Below are positions 22,531 through 33,118 of a stretch of 64,000 nt of DNA, piece after piece. The notes beneath the pieces were generated by a model, which saw only the letters and a program-made list of their open reading frames with translations, made no database searches and was not told the DNA's origin. The DNA is from Mycobacteriales bacterium (GTDB lineage: Bacteria > Actinomycetota > Actinomycetes > DATLTS01). Location: assembly GCA_035533475.1 (NCBI GenBank), contig DATLTS010000048.1, forward strand, positions 52,308 to 116,307. The letters run 5' to 3'. Position 1 is the stretch's first letter. Every line of letters begins with the position of its first letter. The position numbers were made by a program, and so were the translations under genes.

Positions 22531-24092
22531 CGGCCCGGGACGGGTTCGACACCGTCCTCGTCGTCGACTACGGCGCCCAGTACGCCCAGCTGATCGCCCG
22601 ACGGATCCGCGAATGCCACGTCTACAGCGAGATCGTCCCGTCCACCGCCACTGTCGAGGAGCTGCTCGCCCACCGGCCGAAGGCGATCATTCTGTCCGGG
22701 GGGCCGTCATCGGTCTACGAGGAGGGCGCCCCGGCAGCCGCGCCGGGCCTGTTCGAGACCGGGGTGCCGACCCTGGGTATCTGCTACGGCCACCAGCTGA
22801 TGGCGCTCTCGCTCGGTGGTGAGGTTCGCCGGACCGGGGTCAGCGAGTTCGGCCCGACGGCCCTTCAGGCCCGGACCTCCAGCGTGCTGTTCGCCGGGCT
22901 GCCCGAGCGGCAGACCGTATGGATGTCCCACGGGGACGCCTGCTGGACGCCACCGCCCGGCTTCACGGTGACCGCCACCAGCGAGGGCTCGCCGGTCGCC
23001 GGGATCGAGGATCCGGCCCGCGGCTTCTACGGCGTTCAGTTCCATCCGGAGGTCGTGCACACGCCGCACGGCACGGATCTGCTGCGCCGATTTCTCTACG
23101 ACATTGCCGGCTGCCAACCGACCTGGACGATGCTGAACATCGTCGACGATTCGGTCGCGGCCATCCGCGAGCAGGTTGGCGCCGGTCGGGCCGTCTGCGG
23201 ACTGTCCGGCGGGGTTGATTCGGCGGTGGCCGCCGCGCTCGTCCAGCGGGCGATCGGGGACCGGCTGACCTGCGTGTTCGTCGACCATGGCCTGCTCCGC
23301 AAGGGCGAGGCGGCCCAGGTCGAGAAGGACTTCGTCGCCTCCACCGGGGTGCGCCTCAAGGTGGTCGACGCCACCGACCGCTTCCTCGGGGCGCTGGCCG
23401 GAGCCCGTGATCCCGAGGCGAAACGCAAGATCGTAGGTCGGGAGTTCATCCGGGTCTTCGAGGAGGCGGCGCACGAGGTCGTCACCGAAGCCGGTGCCCC
23501 GGTGCGCTTCCTGGTCCAGGGCACGCTCTACCCCGACGTCGTCGAGTCCGGCGGCGGGACCGGCGCCGCCAACATCAAGTCCCACCACAACGTCGGCGGC
23601 CTTCCCGACGACCTCGACTTCACGCTGGTGGAGCCGCTGCGATGGCTGTTCAAGGACGAGGTGCGCCGGGTGGGCGAGGAGCTGGGGCTGCCCCCGGACA
23701 TCGTTTGGCGTCAGCCGTTCCCCGGTCCGGGCCTGGCGATCCGGATCGTCGGTGAGGTGACGAGGGACTCCCTCGACGTCCTGCGCGAGGCGGATTCGAT
23801 CGCCCGCGAGGAGCTGTCCCGGGCCGGGCTCGACCGGGACGTGTGGCAGTGCCCGGTCGTGCTGTTGGCGCAGGTGCGGTCGGTGGGTGTGCAGGGTGAC
23901 GGGCGCACCTACGGCCACCCGGTGGTGCTCCGCCCGGTCACGAGTGAAGACGCGATGACCGCGGACTGGGCCCGGGTGCCGTACGACGTGCTGGCCCGGA
24001 TCTCGACCCGGATCACGAACGAGGTGCGCGAGGTGAACCGGGTCGTCCTGGACCTGACGAGCAAGCCACCCGGAACCATCGAATGGGAGTAG
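22527..24092 (+). CDS. guaA: GMP synthase (glutamine-hydrolysing)
   Basis: ATG 22527 overlaps the choD stop (ATGA). It has the GATase motif LGICYGHQ, the PP-loop SGGVDSAV, and the C-terminal KPPGTIEWE. Confidence 0.97.
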   Translation: MTARDGFDTVLVVDYGAQYAQLIARRIRECHVYSEIVPSTATVEELLAHRPKAIILSGGPSSVYEEGAPAAAPGLFETGVPTLGICYGHQLMALSLGGEVRRTGVSEFGPTALQARTSSVLFAGLPERQTVWMSHGDACWTPPPGFTVTATSEGSPVAGIEDPARGFYGVQFHPEVVHTPHGTDLLRRFLYDIAGCQPTWTMLNIVDDSVAAIREQVGAGRAVCGLSGGVDSAVAAALVQRAIGDRLTCVFVDHGLLRKGEAAQVEKDFVASTGVRLKVVDATDRFLGALAGARDPEAKRKIVGREFIRVFEEAAHEVVTEAGAPVRFLVQGTLYPDVVESGGGTGAANIKSHHNVGGLPDDLDFTLVEPLRWLFKDEVRRVGEELGLPPDIVWRQPFPGPGLAIRIVGEVTRDSLDVLREADSIAREELSRAGLDRDVWQCPVVLLAQVRSVGVQGDGRTYGHPVVLRPVTSEDAMTADWARVPYDVLARISTRITNEVREVNRVVLDLTSKPPGTIEWE

Positions 24093-24868
24093 CCGGCGGG
24101 GCTCGGGTCCTGATTCCCTTGCCGGACACCGATTTCGACGTCACCGAAGTGGCGGTCCCCTGGCGTCTGCTGACCGATGCCGGCCACAGCGTCGTGTTCG
24201 CCACCGAATCGGGCGCCACGCCGGCTGCGGACCCACGGCTGCTCGAGGGCGTCTTGTTCGGCCAGCTGGGCGCGGCGGAGGAGCCCCGCCGGTTCTACGG
24301 TGAGCTCACCGGGGCGCCCTCCTTCCGCTCCCCGACGCCGTGGTCGGAACTGTCCCCGGCGGACTTCGACGGCCTGCTGCTGCCGGGCGGGCACGCACCC
24401 GGGATGCGGCAGTACCTGGGCAGCGCCGACCTGCAACGCCAGGTGGTCGCGTTCTGGCGCACCGGCCGGCCGGTGGCCGCGATCTGCCATGGGGTGCTGG
24501 TGCTGGCCCGGTCCGTCGATCCGGACACCGGCCGCAGCGTCCTGGCCGGGTCGCGGACCACCTGCCTGCCCAAATACCTGGAGCGGGCGGCCTACCTCGC
24601 CACCGCCTGGCGGCTCGGTCGCTACTACCGGACCTACCCGGCGTACGTCGCCGACGAGGTCAGGGCCGCGCTGGTCGCTCCGGACCGACAGTTCCTGGTC
24701 GGCCCGCGGGTGCTGAGCCGGCGCGGGACCGCCACAGACGACCGACCGGCCTTCGTCGTCGAGGACGGACGCTACCTCTCGGCAAGATGGCCCGGCGACG
24801 CCTACCTGTTCGCCCGGCGGTTCGCCGCACTGCTCGCCGCCCGATCATCGTCTTCTACGAGCCCCTGA
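24083..24868 (+). CDS. DJ-1/PfpI-family (type 1 glutamine amidotransferase-like) protein
   Basis: 261 aa. It has the nucleophile elbow [11 protein letters not shown] and the LLPGGHAPG motif. Confidence 0.85.
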   Translation: MGVAGGARVLIPLPDTDFDVTEVAVPWRLLTDAGHSVVFATESGATPAADPRLLEGVLFGQLGAAEEPRRFYGELTGAPSFRSPTPWSELSPADFDGLLLPGGHAPGMRQYLGSADLQRQVVAFWRTGRPVAAICHGVLVLARSVDPDTGRSVLAGSRTTCLPKYLERAAYLATAWRLGRYYRTYPAYVADEVRAALVAPDRQFLVGPRVLSRRGTATDDRPAFVVEDGRYLSARWPGDAYLFARRFAALLAARSSSSTSP

Positions 24869-24891
24869 GTCTTCCACCCGGCCGAGCCGGA

Positions 24892-25608
24892 TCAGGCGGT
24901 CGGCATGACGTGGAAGGCCTCGGCGAGCCGTCCGGCCGGAAGGCCCGCGCTCTCGGCGATCGAGGAGAACCATTGCCGCAGCCGGGGTTCCAGCGCCGCC
25001 GGATCGGGGTGTTGCGACGCATGCCGGTGCAGGGCGCGGATCTTGCGGTCGAACACCTCGGTGATGTCGACGTGGTGGTTGGGCTGGTCGGCCGCCATCA
25101 CCCAGACCTCGCTGACCACCCAGGCATCCAGACCGTCGGCGGCGAGCTCGGGATGGGCGAACGGGTTGCGAGCGTCCGGGTAGACGGCGCACAACGCCGC
25201 CTCCCCGGCGGCCAGGTGGTCCGGGTGGTTGACGCCGATCCGCCCGAACGTGCGCAGCGGGGACGGGCACATCACCCGCTGCGGCCGGACGTCCCGGATC
25301 ACCCGGGAGATGTCCCGGCGCAGCTCGAGACTCGTCACGAGCTTGCCGTCCGGATAGCCGAGGAACCGGACGTCCGCGACCCCCACCTCGGCACCGGCGG
25401 CGGTCTGTTCCTCGCGCCGGATGCCGGCGATGTCGCCGCGTGGAACCACCGGGTCGAAGCCCCCGGCGTCGCCGTCGGTGATGACGCAGTACGTCACCTT
25501 GATTCCGGCGTCGGTCCAGGTCGCGACGGTGCCGGCGCCCCCGAAGTCCACGTCGTCCGGGTGCGCCGTCACGACCAGCGCCCGCTCGACCTCGGCAACG
25601 TCCAACAC
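24892..25608 (-). CDS. PIG-L/LmbE-family deacetylase
   Basis: ALVVTAHPDDVDFGGAGT and TDGDAGG are present, along with a later HPDH. The ORF is open to 25812, but GTG 25608 gives a typical 238-aa protein. Its upstream extension is Arg/Pro-rich. Confidence 0.8.
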   Translation of the reverse strand: MLDVAEVERALVVTAHPDDVDFGGAGTVATWTDAGIKVTYCVITDGDAGGFDPVVPRGDIAGIRREEQTAAGAEVGVADVRFLGYPDGKLVTSLELRRDISRVIRDVRPQRVMCPSPLRTFGRIGVNHPDHLAAGEAALCAVYPDARNPFAHPELAADGLDAWVVSEVWVMAADQPNHHVDITEVFDRKIRALHRHASQHPDPAALEPRLRQWFSSIAESAGLPAGRLAEAFHVMPTA

Positions 25609-25691
25609 GACGTCGAGCCTATGTGGGGTCCGCGGCCCGCGGAAAACCCGGCCCGGACGTCGACGTGGCCGGGCGTAGGCTCGGCCCACCG

Positions 25692-27989
25692 ATGAGCTCC
25701 CTGTTCGACGACCTGCTGGTTCCCCGTCCGCGGATCGCGGTCGATCCGGCGACCCTGCTCGAGGGATTGAACCCGCCGCAGCGGCAGGCCGTGCTGCACG
25801 CCGGCGGCCCACTGCTCGTCGTCGCCGGAGCCGGGTCGGGCAAGACCCGGGTGCTGACCCATCGGATCGCCTGGCTGATCGCCGACCGCGGCGTGGACCC
25901 GGGCGAGGTGCTGGCCATCACGTTCACGAACAAGGCGGCCGGCGAGATGCGGGAACGGGTCGCCGCCCTGGTCGGCCCGCGGGCCCGCTCGATGTGGGTA
26001 TCGACGTTCCACTCCGCCTGCGTTCGGATTCTGCGCCGGGAGGCGGCCCGGCTCGGGCTTCCCTCGAGTTTCTCCATCTACGACGCGGGCGATTCGCACC
26101 GGCTCATGACCCTCGTCGGGCGGGAGCTCGCACTGGACCCGCGGCAATTCTCGGCGCGGGCGCTGAGCGCGCGGGTGTCGGCGTTGAAGAGCGAGTTGGT
26201 GGACTTCGAGACGTTCCTCGACAGGTCACGGTCCGGGGACATGCGGGAGCAGCTGATCGGGGAGGCCTACCGCTCCTACCAGCAGCGGCTGCTACAGGCC
26301 CGGGCGCTGGACTTCGACGACCTGATCATGACTACGGTCAACCTGCTCCAGGCCTTCCCGGACGTCGCCGAGCACTACCGCCGGCGCTTCCGGCACGTCC
26401 TCGTCGACGAATACCAGGACACCAACCACGCGCAGTACGTCCTGGTCCGGGAGATCGTCGGCCGGTCGGCGGCGTACACCGCCGACGGGGACCTGGTGCG
26501 GGCCGGCTCGGAGGTGGCGCCGAGCGAACTGGCGGTCGTCGGTGACGCCGACCAGTCGATCTACGCCTTCCGGGGCGCGACCGTGCGCAACATCCTTCAG
26601 TTCGAGAGCGACTACCCGGACGCCTCGGTTGTCCTGCTCGAGCAGAACTACCGCTCCTCACAGACCATCCTGTCCGCGGCGAACGCGGTGATCGCCCGCA
26701 ACCCGAACCGGCCGGCGAAGAACCTGTGGTCGGACGCCGGACCGGGGGAGCGGATCCTCGGATACGTCGGCGACAACGAGCACGACGAGGCGGCCTACGT
26801 CGCCGGTGAGGTGGACCGGCTCGGGGACGAGGAGGGCATCCGCCCGTCGGACGTCGCGGTGTTCTACCGGACCAACGCACAGGGCCGGGTCTTCGAGGAG
26901 GTGTTCATCCGGGTCGGGCTGCCGTACAAGGTGGTCGGTGGGGTCCGCTTCTACGAGCGGCGGGAGGTTCGGGACGCGCTGGCCTACCTTCGCGTTCTGG
27001 TCAACCCCGAGGACACCGTGTCGATGCGGCGGATCCTCAACACTCCGAAGCGCGGGATCGGCGACCGGGCGGAGGCCGCGGTCGAGGAGTTCGCCGCCCG
27101 GGAGCGCATCTCGTTCGCCGCGGCGCTCGAGCGGGCCGGCGAGGCGCCGGCCCTGGCGACCCGGTCCCTCGCGGCGATCCGCGGGTTCGTCGACCTGCTG
27201 GGCGCCCTGCGCGGGCTGCTGGAGGCCGGGAGTGGGCCGGCGACCCTGGTCGAGGCGGTGCTCGAGCAGACCGGGTTGCTCGCCGAGCTCGAAGCGAGCG
27301 AGGATCCGCAGGATGAGGGGCGCGTGGAGAACCTGCGGGAGCTCGCGGCGGTGGCCGGCGAGTTCGAGCAGATCGGGACCGGCGGCGGGCTCGCCGAGTT
27401 CCTCGAGCGGGTGGCGCTCGTCGCGGACGCCGACGACCTGCCCGGCGCGGACGAGTCCGGCGGGGTGGTCACCCTGATGACGCTGCACACCGCGAAGGGG
27501 CTCGAGTTCCCGGTCGTCTTCCTCACCGGCATGGAGGACGGCGTGTTCCCCTTCCAGCGCTCGCTCGGCGACCCCCGGGAGCTCGAAGAGGAGCGCCGGC
27601 TGGCCTACGTGGGGATCACCCGGGCCGAGCGCCGGCTCTACCTCACCCGGGCGCTGCGCCGTTCGGCGTGGGGGACGCCCGCGTTCAACCCGGAGTCACG
27701 GTTCCTCGCCGAGATCCCGGCTGAGCTCGTCGAGTGGGCGCGCCGGCCGGAGCCGGCGCAGGCGGCGCTCGCCCGCCGGGCGATGGAGCGCGGCCGGGCG
27801 GCGGGCCCGGGGATGCGCCAGGTGCCCTCGCTTTCGGCCGGGGACCGGGTGAGCCACGACACCTTCGGGCTCGGCACGGTCGTCGCGACCGCGGGGATGG
27901 GGGATTCGGCGGAGGCCACGGTGGACTTCGGTGCCGAGACCGGCGCCAAGCGGCTGCTCCTGCGCTACGCGCCGGTCGAGAAGCTGTAG
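25692..27989 (+). CDS. pcrA: ATP-dependent DNA helicase PcrA/UvrD1
   Basis: ATG 25692 (MSSLFDDLL). It has the Walker A AGAGSGKTRVLTHR, DEYQDTN, TLHTAKGLEF and YVGITRA. Confidence 0.95.
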   Translation: MSSLFDDLLVPRPRIAVDPATLLEGLNPPQRQAVLHAGGPLLVVAGAGSGKTRVLTHRIAWLIADRGVDPGEVLAITFTNKAAGEMRERVAALVGPRARSMWVSTFHSACVRILRREAARLGLPSSFSIYDAGDSHRLMTLVGRELALDPRQFSARALSARVSALKSELVDFETFLDRSRSGDMREQLIGEAYRSYQQRLLQARALDFDDLIMTTVNLLQAFPDVAEHYRRRFRHVLVDEYQDTNHAQYVLVREIVGRSAAYTADGDLVRAGSEVAPSELAVVGDADQSIYAFRGATVRNILQFESDYPDASVVLLEQNYRSSQTILSAANAVIARNPNRPAKNLWSDAGPGERILGYVGDNEHDEAAYVAGEVDRLGDEEGIRPSDVAVFYRTNAQGRVFEEVFIRVGLPYKVVGGVRFYERREVRDALAYLRVLVNPEDTVSMRRILNTPKRGIGDRAEAAVEEFAARERISFAAALERAGEAPALATRSLAAIRGFVDLLGALRGLLEAGSGPATLVEAVLEQTGLLAELEASEDPQDEGRVENLRELAAVAGEFEQIGTGGGLAEFLERVALVADADDLPGADESGGVVTLMTLHTAKGLEFPVVFLTGMEDGVFPFQRSLGDPRELEEERRLAYVGITRAERRLYLTRALRRSAWGTPAFNPESRFLAEIPAELVEWARRPEPAQAALARRAMERGRAAGPGMRQVPSLSAGDRVSHDTFGLGTVVATAGMGDSAEATVDFGAETGAKRLLLRYAPVEKL

Positions 27990-27997
27990 CCGGCGGG

Positions 27998-28981
27998 TCA
28001 GCCGGCGGAGTCGGCCCGCCGGGCCGGGCGGGTGAGCCGACGCAGCCGGGACGGTCCCGGCGTCGGGCTGCTCGAGATGTTCGTCACCCCGGCGGTGCGC
28101 AGGCCGCCGTCGGAGTCGAGGTGGGCCAGCGTGCTGCAGATCTCGTGGATCACCTGACGGTGGATCGGCATCGACAGGTGGCCGACGCCGCGAACGAAGA
28201 TGTTCCGCGCGGCGAGATCGGGATGATCGATCCGCGCCGAGTGCTTCGGCAGGATGACCCCGTCGAGGTCGGTCCAGAACGCCACGAAACGGGTCCGGCA
28301 GCCCGGCGCGGGCTCGGCGAGCTCCGCGATCACGTCGCTGTCCGGGCGCAGCTGGCGGAGGAGCCGGCCGGGGGCCAGCCGGGCCAGCTGGGTGCCGGCG
28401 TGCGGGGACCCGAGGGTGACCACGGTGTGTACCCGTTCGTCGCCACCGAGGCGTTGCACGTAGTAGCGCGCGATCAGGCCGCCGAGCGAGTGGCCGATGA
28501 CGTGGATCCGTTCATGCCCGCTGTCCACCGCGAGCTGCTCGACCTCGGCCGCCAGGCGCCGGGCCGCCGACCTGATGTCGTGCGTGAACACCTGGTAGTT
28601 CAGGGTTCGCACCCGGCCGAAGCCGCGTCGGCTCAAGCCGCGTTGGAGCAGGGTGAACACCGACCGGTTGTCCATGATCCCGTGGATCAGCAGGATCGGG
28701 GTCCCGGCCGCCTCGACGTCGCCGAGCAGCAGTCCCCGCTGCACCGGGGGCAGCCCGGCCAGCGTGTACAGGTCGCTTCGGGTCGCCTCGCTGGCTCGCT
28801 CCCGGGCCACGCCGAGCGGGTAGGTCGCCAGGTGCGCGGCGGTCCAGGCGAACTCGACTGCGGTGCCGCGGATGCCGGTCGGCGAGCACACCGTCCGGAT
28901 TCCACGGCCGGTGGCCGCGCCGGCGCGCACGAGCACATCCCTCACCGCTGACCTCCACGGCTGGACACTGAACCGGGTCAC
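27998..28981 (-). CDS. alpha/beta hydrolase, lipase/esterase-like (PGAP1/LipA-like)
   Basis: It has the ILLIHG oxyanion region, the nucleophile elbow GHSLGG and LGSPHAG. The start is uncertain. Confidence 0.75.
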   Translation of the reverse strand: MTRFSVQPWRSAVRDVLVRAGAATGRGIRTVCSPTGIRGTAVEFAWTAAHLATYPLGVARERASEATRSDLYTLAGLPPVQRGLLLGDVEAAGTPILLIHGIMDNRSVFTLLQRGLSRRGFGRVRTLNYQVFTHDIRSAARRLAAEVEQLAVDSGHERIHVIGHSLGGLIARYYVQRLGGDERVHTVVTLGSPHAGTQLARLAPGRLLRQLRPDSDVIAELAEPAPGCRTRFVAFWTDLDGVILPKHSARIDHPDLAARNIFVRGVGHLSMPIHRQVIHEICSTLAHLDSDGGLRTAGVTNISSSPTPGPSRLRRLTRPARRADSAG

Positions 28982-29040
28982 GCTAGCCGAAGCCGGGTGC
29001 CCCGGTGTGCTGACTCGCGCGACCCGACTGGTTTGTGGTG

Positions 29041-30429
29041 TTACGCCCCCGTCAGGGTTCCGGGCAGCGGCTGCGACCAGCGCCGCTGTCGGCCGGCGAG
29101 CCGGTCCGGGCCGGGTTGTCCGGCCAGCCGGTCGAGGATCGCAGCGACGGTCTGGGGCAGCGGGCCGGTCGCCACCGGGCGCCCGAACCCGAGCTGGCGC
29201 AAGGCAGCGGGGGTCAGCCCGGCGGCGTCGGCCGCCGCGGCGGGGTCCAGATGCAGGGCGCTGGCCGCCCCCTCCGGGGCGAGCGCGGTGAAATATCCGG
29301 TGTCGGTCACCAGAACCTCGTCGCAGGCGGCGGCGGCCAGCGCGCCGCCGGAGCCACCCTCACCGTGGACCACCGCGAGGGTCGGGGAGCGGCACCCGAG
29401 CACTCCGGCGAGCGCCTCGGCGATCCGCGGCGCGATGCCGGCCGCTTCGCTGTCCGCCCCGGGGTCCGCGCCGGGGGTGTCCACGAGGGTCAGCAGCGGC
29501 CGGTCGAGCCGGTCCGCGAGCCGCGCCGCCCGGCCGAGCAGCGCGTAGCCGGCCGGGGTAGGGCGGCCCCCCCGGTCGGTGGCGACGGCGACGCCGATCA
29601 CCGGACGGCCGCCAGCGGTGCGCCCGAGCACCGCCGTCACAGTGGTGTCGGCCCCGGCCAGTTCGACCGTTCCCCCGAGCAGGCGGCGGAGCAGCGCGGC
29701 TCCGGCCGGCCGGTTCGCGTCACGGGCGTGCCGGACCTGCGCCCAGCCGCCGCGGGCCGGCGGGTCGTGGTCGGCAGGGGGCGCTCCGGCCGGCCCGGTG
29801 CCGGGTGCGAGCGCGTCGAGCGCCCGGGTCAGCCAGCCGGCCACCTGATCTCCGGAACAGACGGCGTCCAGCAGGCCCGCCCGGTGCGCGGCCTCGGCGG
29901 TGTGGCTGCCGGCCGGGGGGATCTCGCCGGTGAGGGCCTCGGTGACCCGGGGTCCGGAGAAACCCACGGTCGCGCCCGCGACGCCGATCCGCAGGTCCGC
30001 CGCCGACACCACCGCGATCCACACCCCGCCGGTCGTCGGGTGGTCGGCGACGGACAGGTGCGGCACCCGCGCGGCAGCCAGCCGCTCGAGCGCGAGCGCC
30101 GCCCGCGGGATGCCCACCAGGGCGGCCATCCCCTCCTGCAGCCGGGTGCCGCCGCTGCGGGCGACGCTGACCAGTGGGAGTCCCCCGTCCGCCGCCAGCG
30201 CGCAGGCCGAGCCGAACCCGGTGGCGTCAGCCTCGCCGAAGCTCCCGCCGAGCACCTCGAAGTCGAAGCTCACCGCGACGATCGGGTGGCCGCCGAGCTC
30301 GCCGGGGCCCCAGCTCAGCGCCGCCCGCGGACGGTAGCCGGGCCAGCCAATCGGGTTGCGGTCGCCTGGGTCGGCCGCGCTCAGGGCCACGCCGGCGAGC
30401 AGCCCGGTGCGCCAGTCACCGTCCGGCAT
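29041..30429 (-). CDS. accD3: fused beta/alpha-type carboxyltransferase (AccD3-like)
   Basis: ATG 30429 (MPDGDW). The N-terminal half is AccD-like ([20 protein letters not shown]). The C-terminal half is AccA-like ([11 protein letters not shown]...[10 protein letters not shown]). There is no N-terminal Zn-ribbon. It resembles Mtb AccD3, as I recall. Confidence 0.78.
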   Translation of the reverse strand: MPDGDWRTGLLAGVALSAADPGDRNPIGWPGYRPRAALSWGPGELGGHPIVAVSFDFEVLGGSFGEADATGFGSACALAADGGLPLVSVARSGGTRLQEGMAALVGIPRAALALERLAAARVPHLSVADHPTTGGVWIAVVSAADLRIGVAGATVGFSGPRVTEALTGEIPPAGSHTAEAAHRAGLLDAVCSGDQVAGWLTRALDALAPGTGPAGAPPADHDPPARGGWAQVRHARDANRPAGAALLRRLLGGTVELAGADTTVTAVLGRTAGGRPVIGVAVATDRGGRPTPAGYALLGRAARLADRLDRPLLTLVDTPGADPGADSEAAGIAPRIAEALAGVLGCRSPTLAVVHGEGGSGGALAAAACDEVLVTDTGYFTALAPEGAASALHLDPAAAADAAGLTPAALRQLGFGRPVATGPLPQTVAAILDRLAGQPGPDRLAGRQRRWSQPLPGTLTGA

Positions 30430-30505
30430 GGTGCAGCACCTCCCTCGTCGGACCGGGGCGGCTACTCTGCCAAAAGACGGCCCGGGGCGAGAAGGTGGTG
30501 GCGAG

Positions 30506-30913
30506 TTGGCAAAGGCACCGATCAGAGTCGTCATCGCCAAGCCCGGGCTCGACGGCCACGACCGGGGCGCGAAGGTGGTCGCCCGGGCGCTGCGCGACGC
30601 CGGGATGGAGGTCATCTACACCGGCCTGCATCAGACCCCCGAGCAGATCGTCGAGACCGCGATCCAGGAAGACGCCGACTGCGTCGGCCTTTCGGTGCTT
30701 TCCGGCGCGCACATGACCCTCTTCCGTCGGGTCCTCGACCTGATGCAGGAGCGCTCCGCGCAGGACATCGTGATCTTCGGTGGCGGCATCATCCCGGACG
30801 CCGACATCCCGGAGCTCAAGCAGATGGGGGTCGCCGAGATCTTCACCCCCGGGACACCGACTCAGGACATCGTGGAGTGGATCACGCGCCGGGTCGCGGT
30901 CGCCACCGCCTGA
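30506..30913 (+). CDS. cobalamin-binding small subunit of a split acyl-CoA mutase
   Basis: TTG 30506 follows GAAGGTGGTGG. It is 135 aa and carries the base-off/His-on signature DGHDRG (DxHxxG), SVLSG (SxL) and FGGG. Confidence 0.88.
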   Translation: MAKAPIRVVIAKPGLDGHDRGAKVVARALRDAGMEVIYTGLHQTPEQIVETAIQEDADCVGLSVLSGAHMTLFRRVLDLMQERSAQDIVIFGGGIIPDADIPELKQMGVAEIFTPGTPTQDIVEWITRRVAVATA

Positions 30914-32960
30914 TCGCCACCAGCCCGGTGACGGTCAGCCCTACCGCGCACCCGGGGAGTAGCGGGCTGCCGCCGGTGTTCGGCAGCTGCGGTCCGCTCA
31001 CTGCCGTGGTTGCCCTGCTCGCCGCCAGTTCCGCGTTGGTCGGTGTCACGGCCGCCCGGGTGTTCACCGGCAGCGTGAACCAGGAATAGTCCTTCGGGAT
31101 CTCGGCCAGCAGGTTCTCGTTCGGCGTCGCAGTCGGGGTGCCCGGGGGGGCGCCGTAGTAGACGGTGATGTCGTCCGGGGTCTGGGTGGCTGCGCCCACG
31201 TCGGAAGTCTGGTCGCTCGCGGCGAGGGTGAATCGCACCGCGTGCCCGGCCGGGAAAAGGTGCGCGAAGCCGAGCAGGTTGATGTTGACGAATCGCGCGA
31301 GGGCGCTGTTCGGGATCCGGACCGGAGCGATCAGGCGTTTGATCAGCGTCGCCGTCCCGTCCGGGGCGACGTCGAAAACCTTGCCGAAGAAGATCAGGTC
31401 CTGCCCGTCGGCATGGCTGAGCAGCAGGTGCGCGGTCGGGACGCCGACCGACACGACCGGTGAGCTGAACGGGCTGGACGTGAAGCTCACCGCGGTTCCG
31501 GCCGCGTCGGAGGGGGTCATGGCCGCGCTGCCCCCGCCGGAGGAGCCCGGCCCGGTGAAGTTCGAAGTCTCCGAGTACGACGTCGCCGGGCCGGCGACCC
31601 GCACGAACGACGTACTCCCGCTGGCCAACGCCAGCCCGGCCGGGAGCAGCTGGCCTCCGGCGTCGAGCCCCCAGGTGTAGCTCGATTCGGCCGGGAACGA
31701 CGACGCGGTGCCGTACTGCCCGGTGTCCGGGCCGGAGCCGCTGTAGGGAACCCAGTCGCGGTAGTAGGCGAAGTTCGGGCCGGTGCTCACCGCCTCGCCC
31801 TTGAGGTAGCGGTCGAACCAGGCCAACGAGCGCAGCGGCAGGTAGCACTGGTCGAGTCCGGAGTCGCCGCCGCCGTACACGTCGCATTCACCGGGCTGGG
31901 AGTTGTACCCTCCGTGACCCCCGTAGTTCCAGATCAGCGACACCGGGACGCCATTGCGCTTCAGTGCCAGGTAGGTGGCCAGCGCGTCGTCTTCGTTGAA
32001 GAGGGTGTCCGACTCGCCCTGCATGAGCAGGGTGGGGACCCGGAGCGCGTTGATGTCGGTTTCGGCGGAGGACATGGCCAGCAGCGACACCGCGCTCGCC
32101 GGTGCCGTGCCCGTCGTCGCGATCTCGTCGTAGGCCGTGCAGAGCACGTCGGGATACCCGGTGCAGCCGGCGAGCACACCCGGGTCCGCGGCCGGCTTGT
32201 CGCTGACGCAGTTGCCGTTGGCTCCCCCGCTGAACGCCGGGTTCGACGGGGACCGGGTTCCGTAACCGTTCCCGTCGACGTAGAACAGGGACGTCCACTC
32301 GGCCTTGAACACCCCCAGCTCGGTCAGCTGGTGGCTGAACCCCGTCGGGTCTCCGGGCACCACCCAGTTGTCGGGGTAGAGCGCGTACTGAAGGGAGTTC
32401 CAGGTCCGACCCGGATCGATCGCCCGGACCCGCCGGTCATGCTCGGCGACGTTGAGGGTGATCCCGCCCCCATAGGAGCCGCCGATCAGGCCGACGATCG
32501 GCCCACGCGCGTCGTGCGCGACGTCGGCCTTGTCCGGCCCGTTCTGGAGAATGTCGGTGATCAGCGCCATCGAGTCTTTGACGTCGTAGTCCGTGGAGTC
32601 GAGTTCGATGCAGCCGCTGGAGTTGCCGAAACCCTGACCGGTGTAGGCGAGGACGACGTAGCCGTGCCGGGCGAAGAAATCCGCGGTCGACGTGATCTCG
32701 GAGGCGTCCTTGCTCAACCCGAACCCGTTGGTCATCACGATTGCCGGCTCCGGGTGTGCCGGCGTGGCCGAGTTCGGCAGGTACAGCCGGGTGTCCATCA
32801 GCGTGACGTGGCTGTCGGTCGGACCGTCGTGGACGTTCACCACCTCGTCGTGGGTGGTGTACGGCGGCGGTGCGGCGGCGCCGGCGACCGCCAGCGGGCC
32901 GGCGGCCAGCGCGGCGGTGGCGGCTGTCGCGGCGATGGCGAACAGTCGGTGCCGCGACAC
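30882..32960 (-). CDS. secreted CocE/NonD (S15 X-Pro dipeptidyl-peptidase-type) hydrolase with a C-terminal LPXTG sorting signal
   Basis: GTG 32960 is preceded by AGAGGAGGA. The signal peptide is [31 protein letters not shown] serine-hydrolase region GGSYGG is present. The C-terminus has LPNTG, then a hydrophobic stretch, then RRWRPRPGA. Confidence 0.8.
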   Translation of the reverse strand: MSRHRLFAIAATAATAALAAGPLAVAGAAAPPPYTTHDEVVNVHDGPTDSHVTLMDTRLYLPNSATPAHPEPAIVMTNGFGLSKDASEITSTADFFARHGYVVLAYTGQGFGNSSGCIELDSTDYDVKDSMALITDILQNGPDKADVAHDARGPIVGLIGGSYGGGITLNVAEHDRRVRAIDPGRTWNSLQYALYPDNWVVPGDPTGFSHQLTELGVFKAEWTSLFYVDGNGYGTRSPSNPAFSGGANGNCVSDKPAADPGVLAGCTGYPDVLCTAYDEIATTGTAPASAVSLLAMSSAETDINALRVPTLLMQGESDTLFNEDDALATYLALKRNGVPVSLIWNYGGHGGYNSQPGECDVYGGGDSGLDQCYLPLRSLAWFDRYLKGEAVSTGPNFAYYRDWVPYSGSGPDTGQYGTASSFPAESSYTWGLDAGGQLLPAGLALASGSTSFVRVAGPATSYSETSNFTGPGSSGGGSAAMTPSDAAGTAVSFTSSPFSSPVVSVGVPTAHLLLSHADGQDLIFFGKVFDVAPDGTATLIKRLIAPVRIPNSALARFVNINLLGFAHLFPAGHAVRFTLAASDQTSDVGAATQTPDDITVYYGAPPGTPTATPNENLLAEIPKDYSWFTLPVNTRAAVTPTNAELAASRATTAVSGPQLPNTGGSPLLPGCAVGLTVTGLVAIRRWRPRPGA

Positions 32961-33118
32961 GGATCCTCCTCTGATCTCGATCAGGGCTCCCACTATGGGA
33001 TACGTCACAGCTGGCGTCGACTCCTGCCGTGCCGGCCCCCGCGAGTTGGCCCGGCCGGGGCTTCCCGAACCGGCGCCGATAACCTCCTGCGAGTCGGACC
33101 GACGAGCGAAGGGACGTC

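Noticed and set aside
25609-25691. Possible SOS (LexA) box in the divergent pcrA / deacetylase promoter region. 7-bp inverted arms GAGCCTA (25614-25620) and TAGGCTC (25676-25682) were noticed.
   Set aside because: There is no TCGAAC-N4-GTTCGA-like sequence. The 7-bp arms are 55 nt apart and could easily arise by chance.
24340-25695. 451-aa plus-strand ORF opposite the PIG-L deacetylase.
   Set aside because: It has no recognisable motifs, while the minus-strand frame carries AHPDD...TDGDAGG and HPDH, typical of LmbE/PIG-L enzymes.
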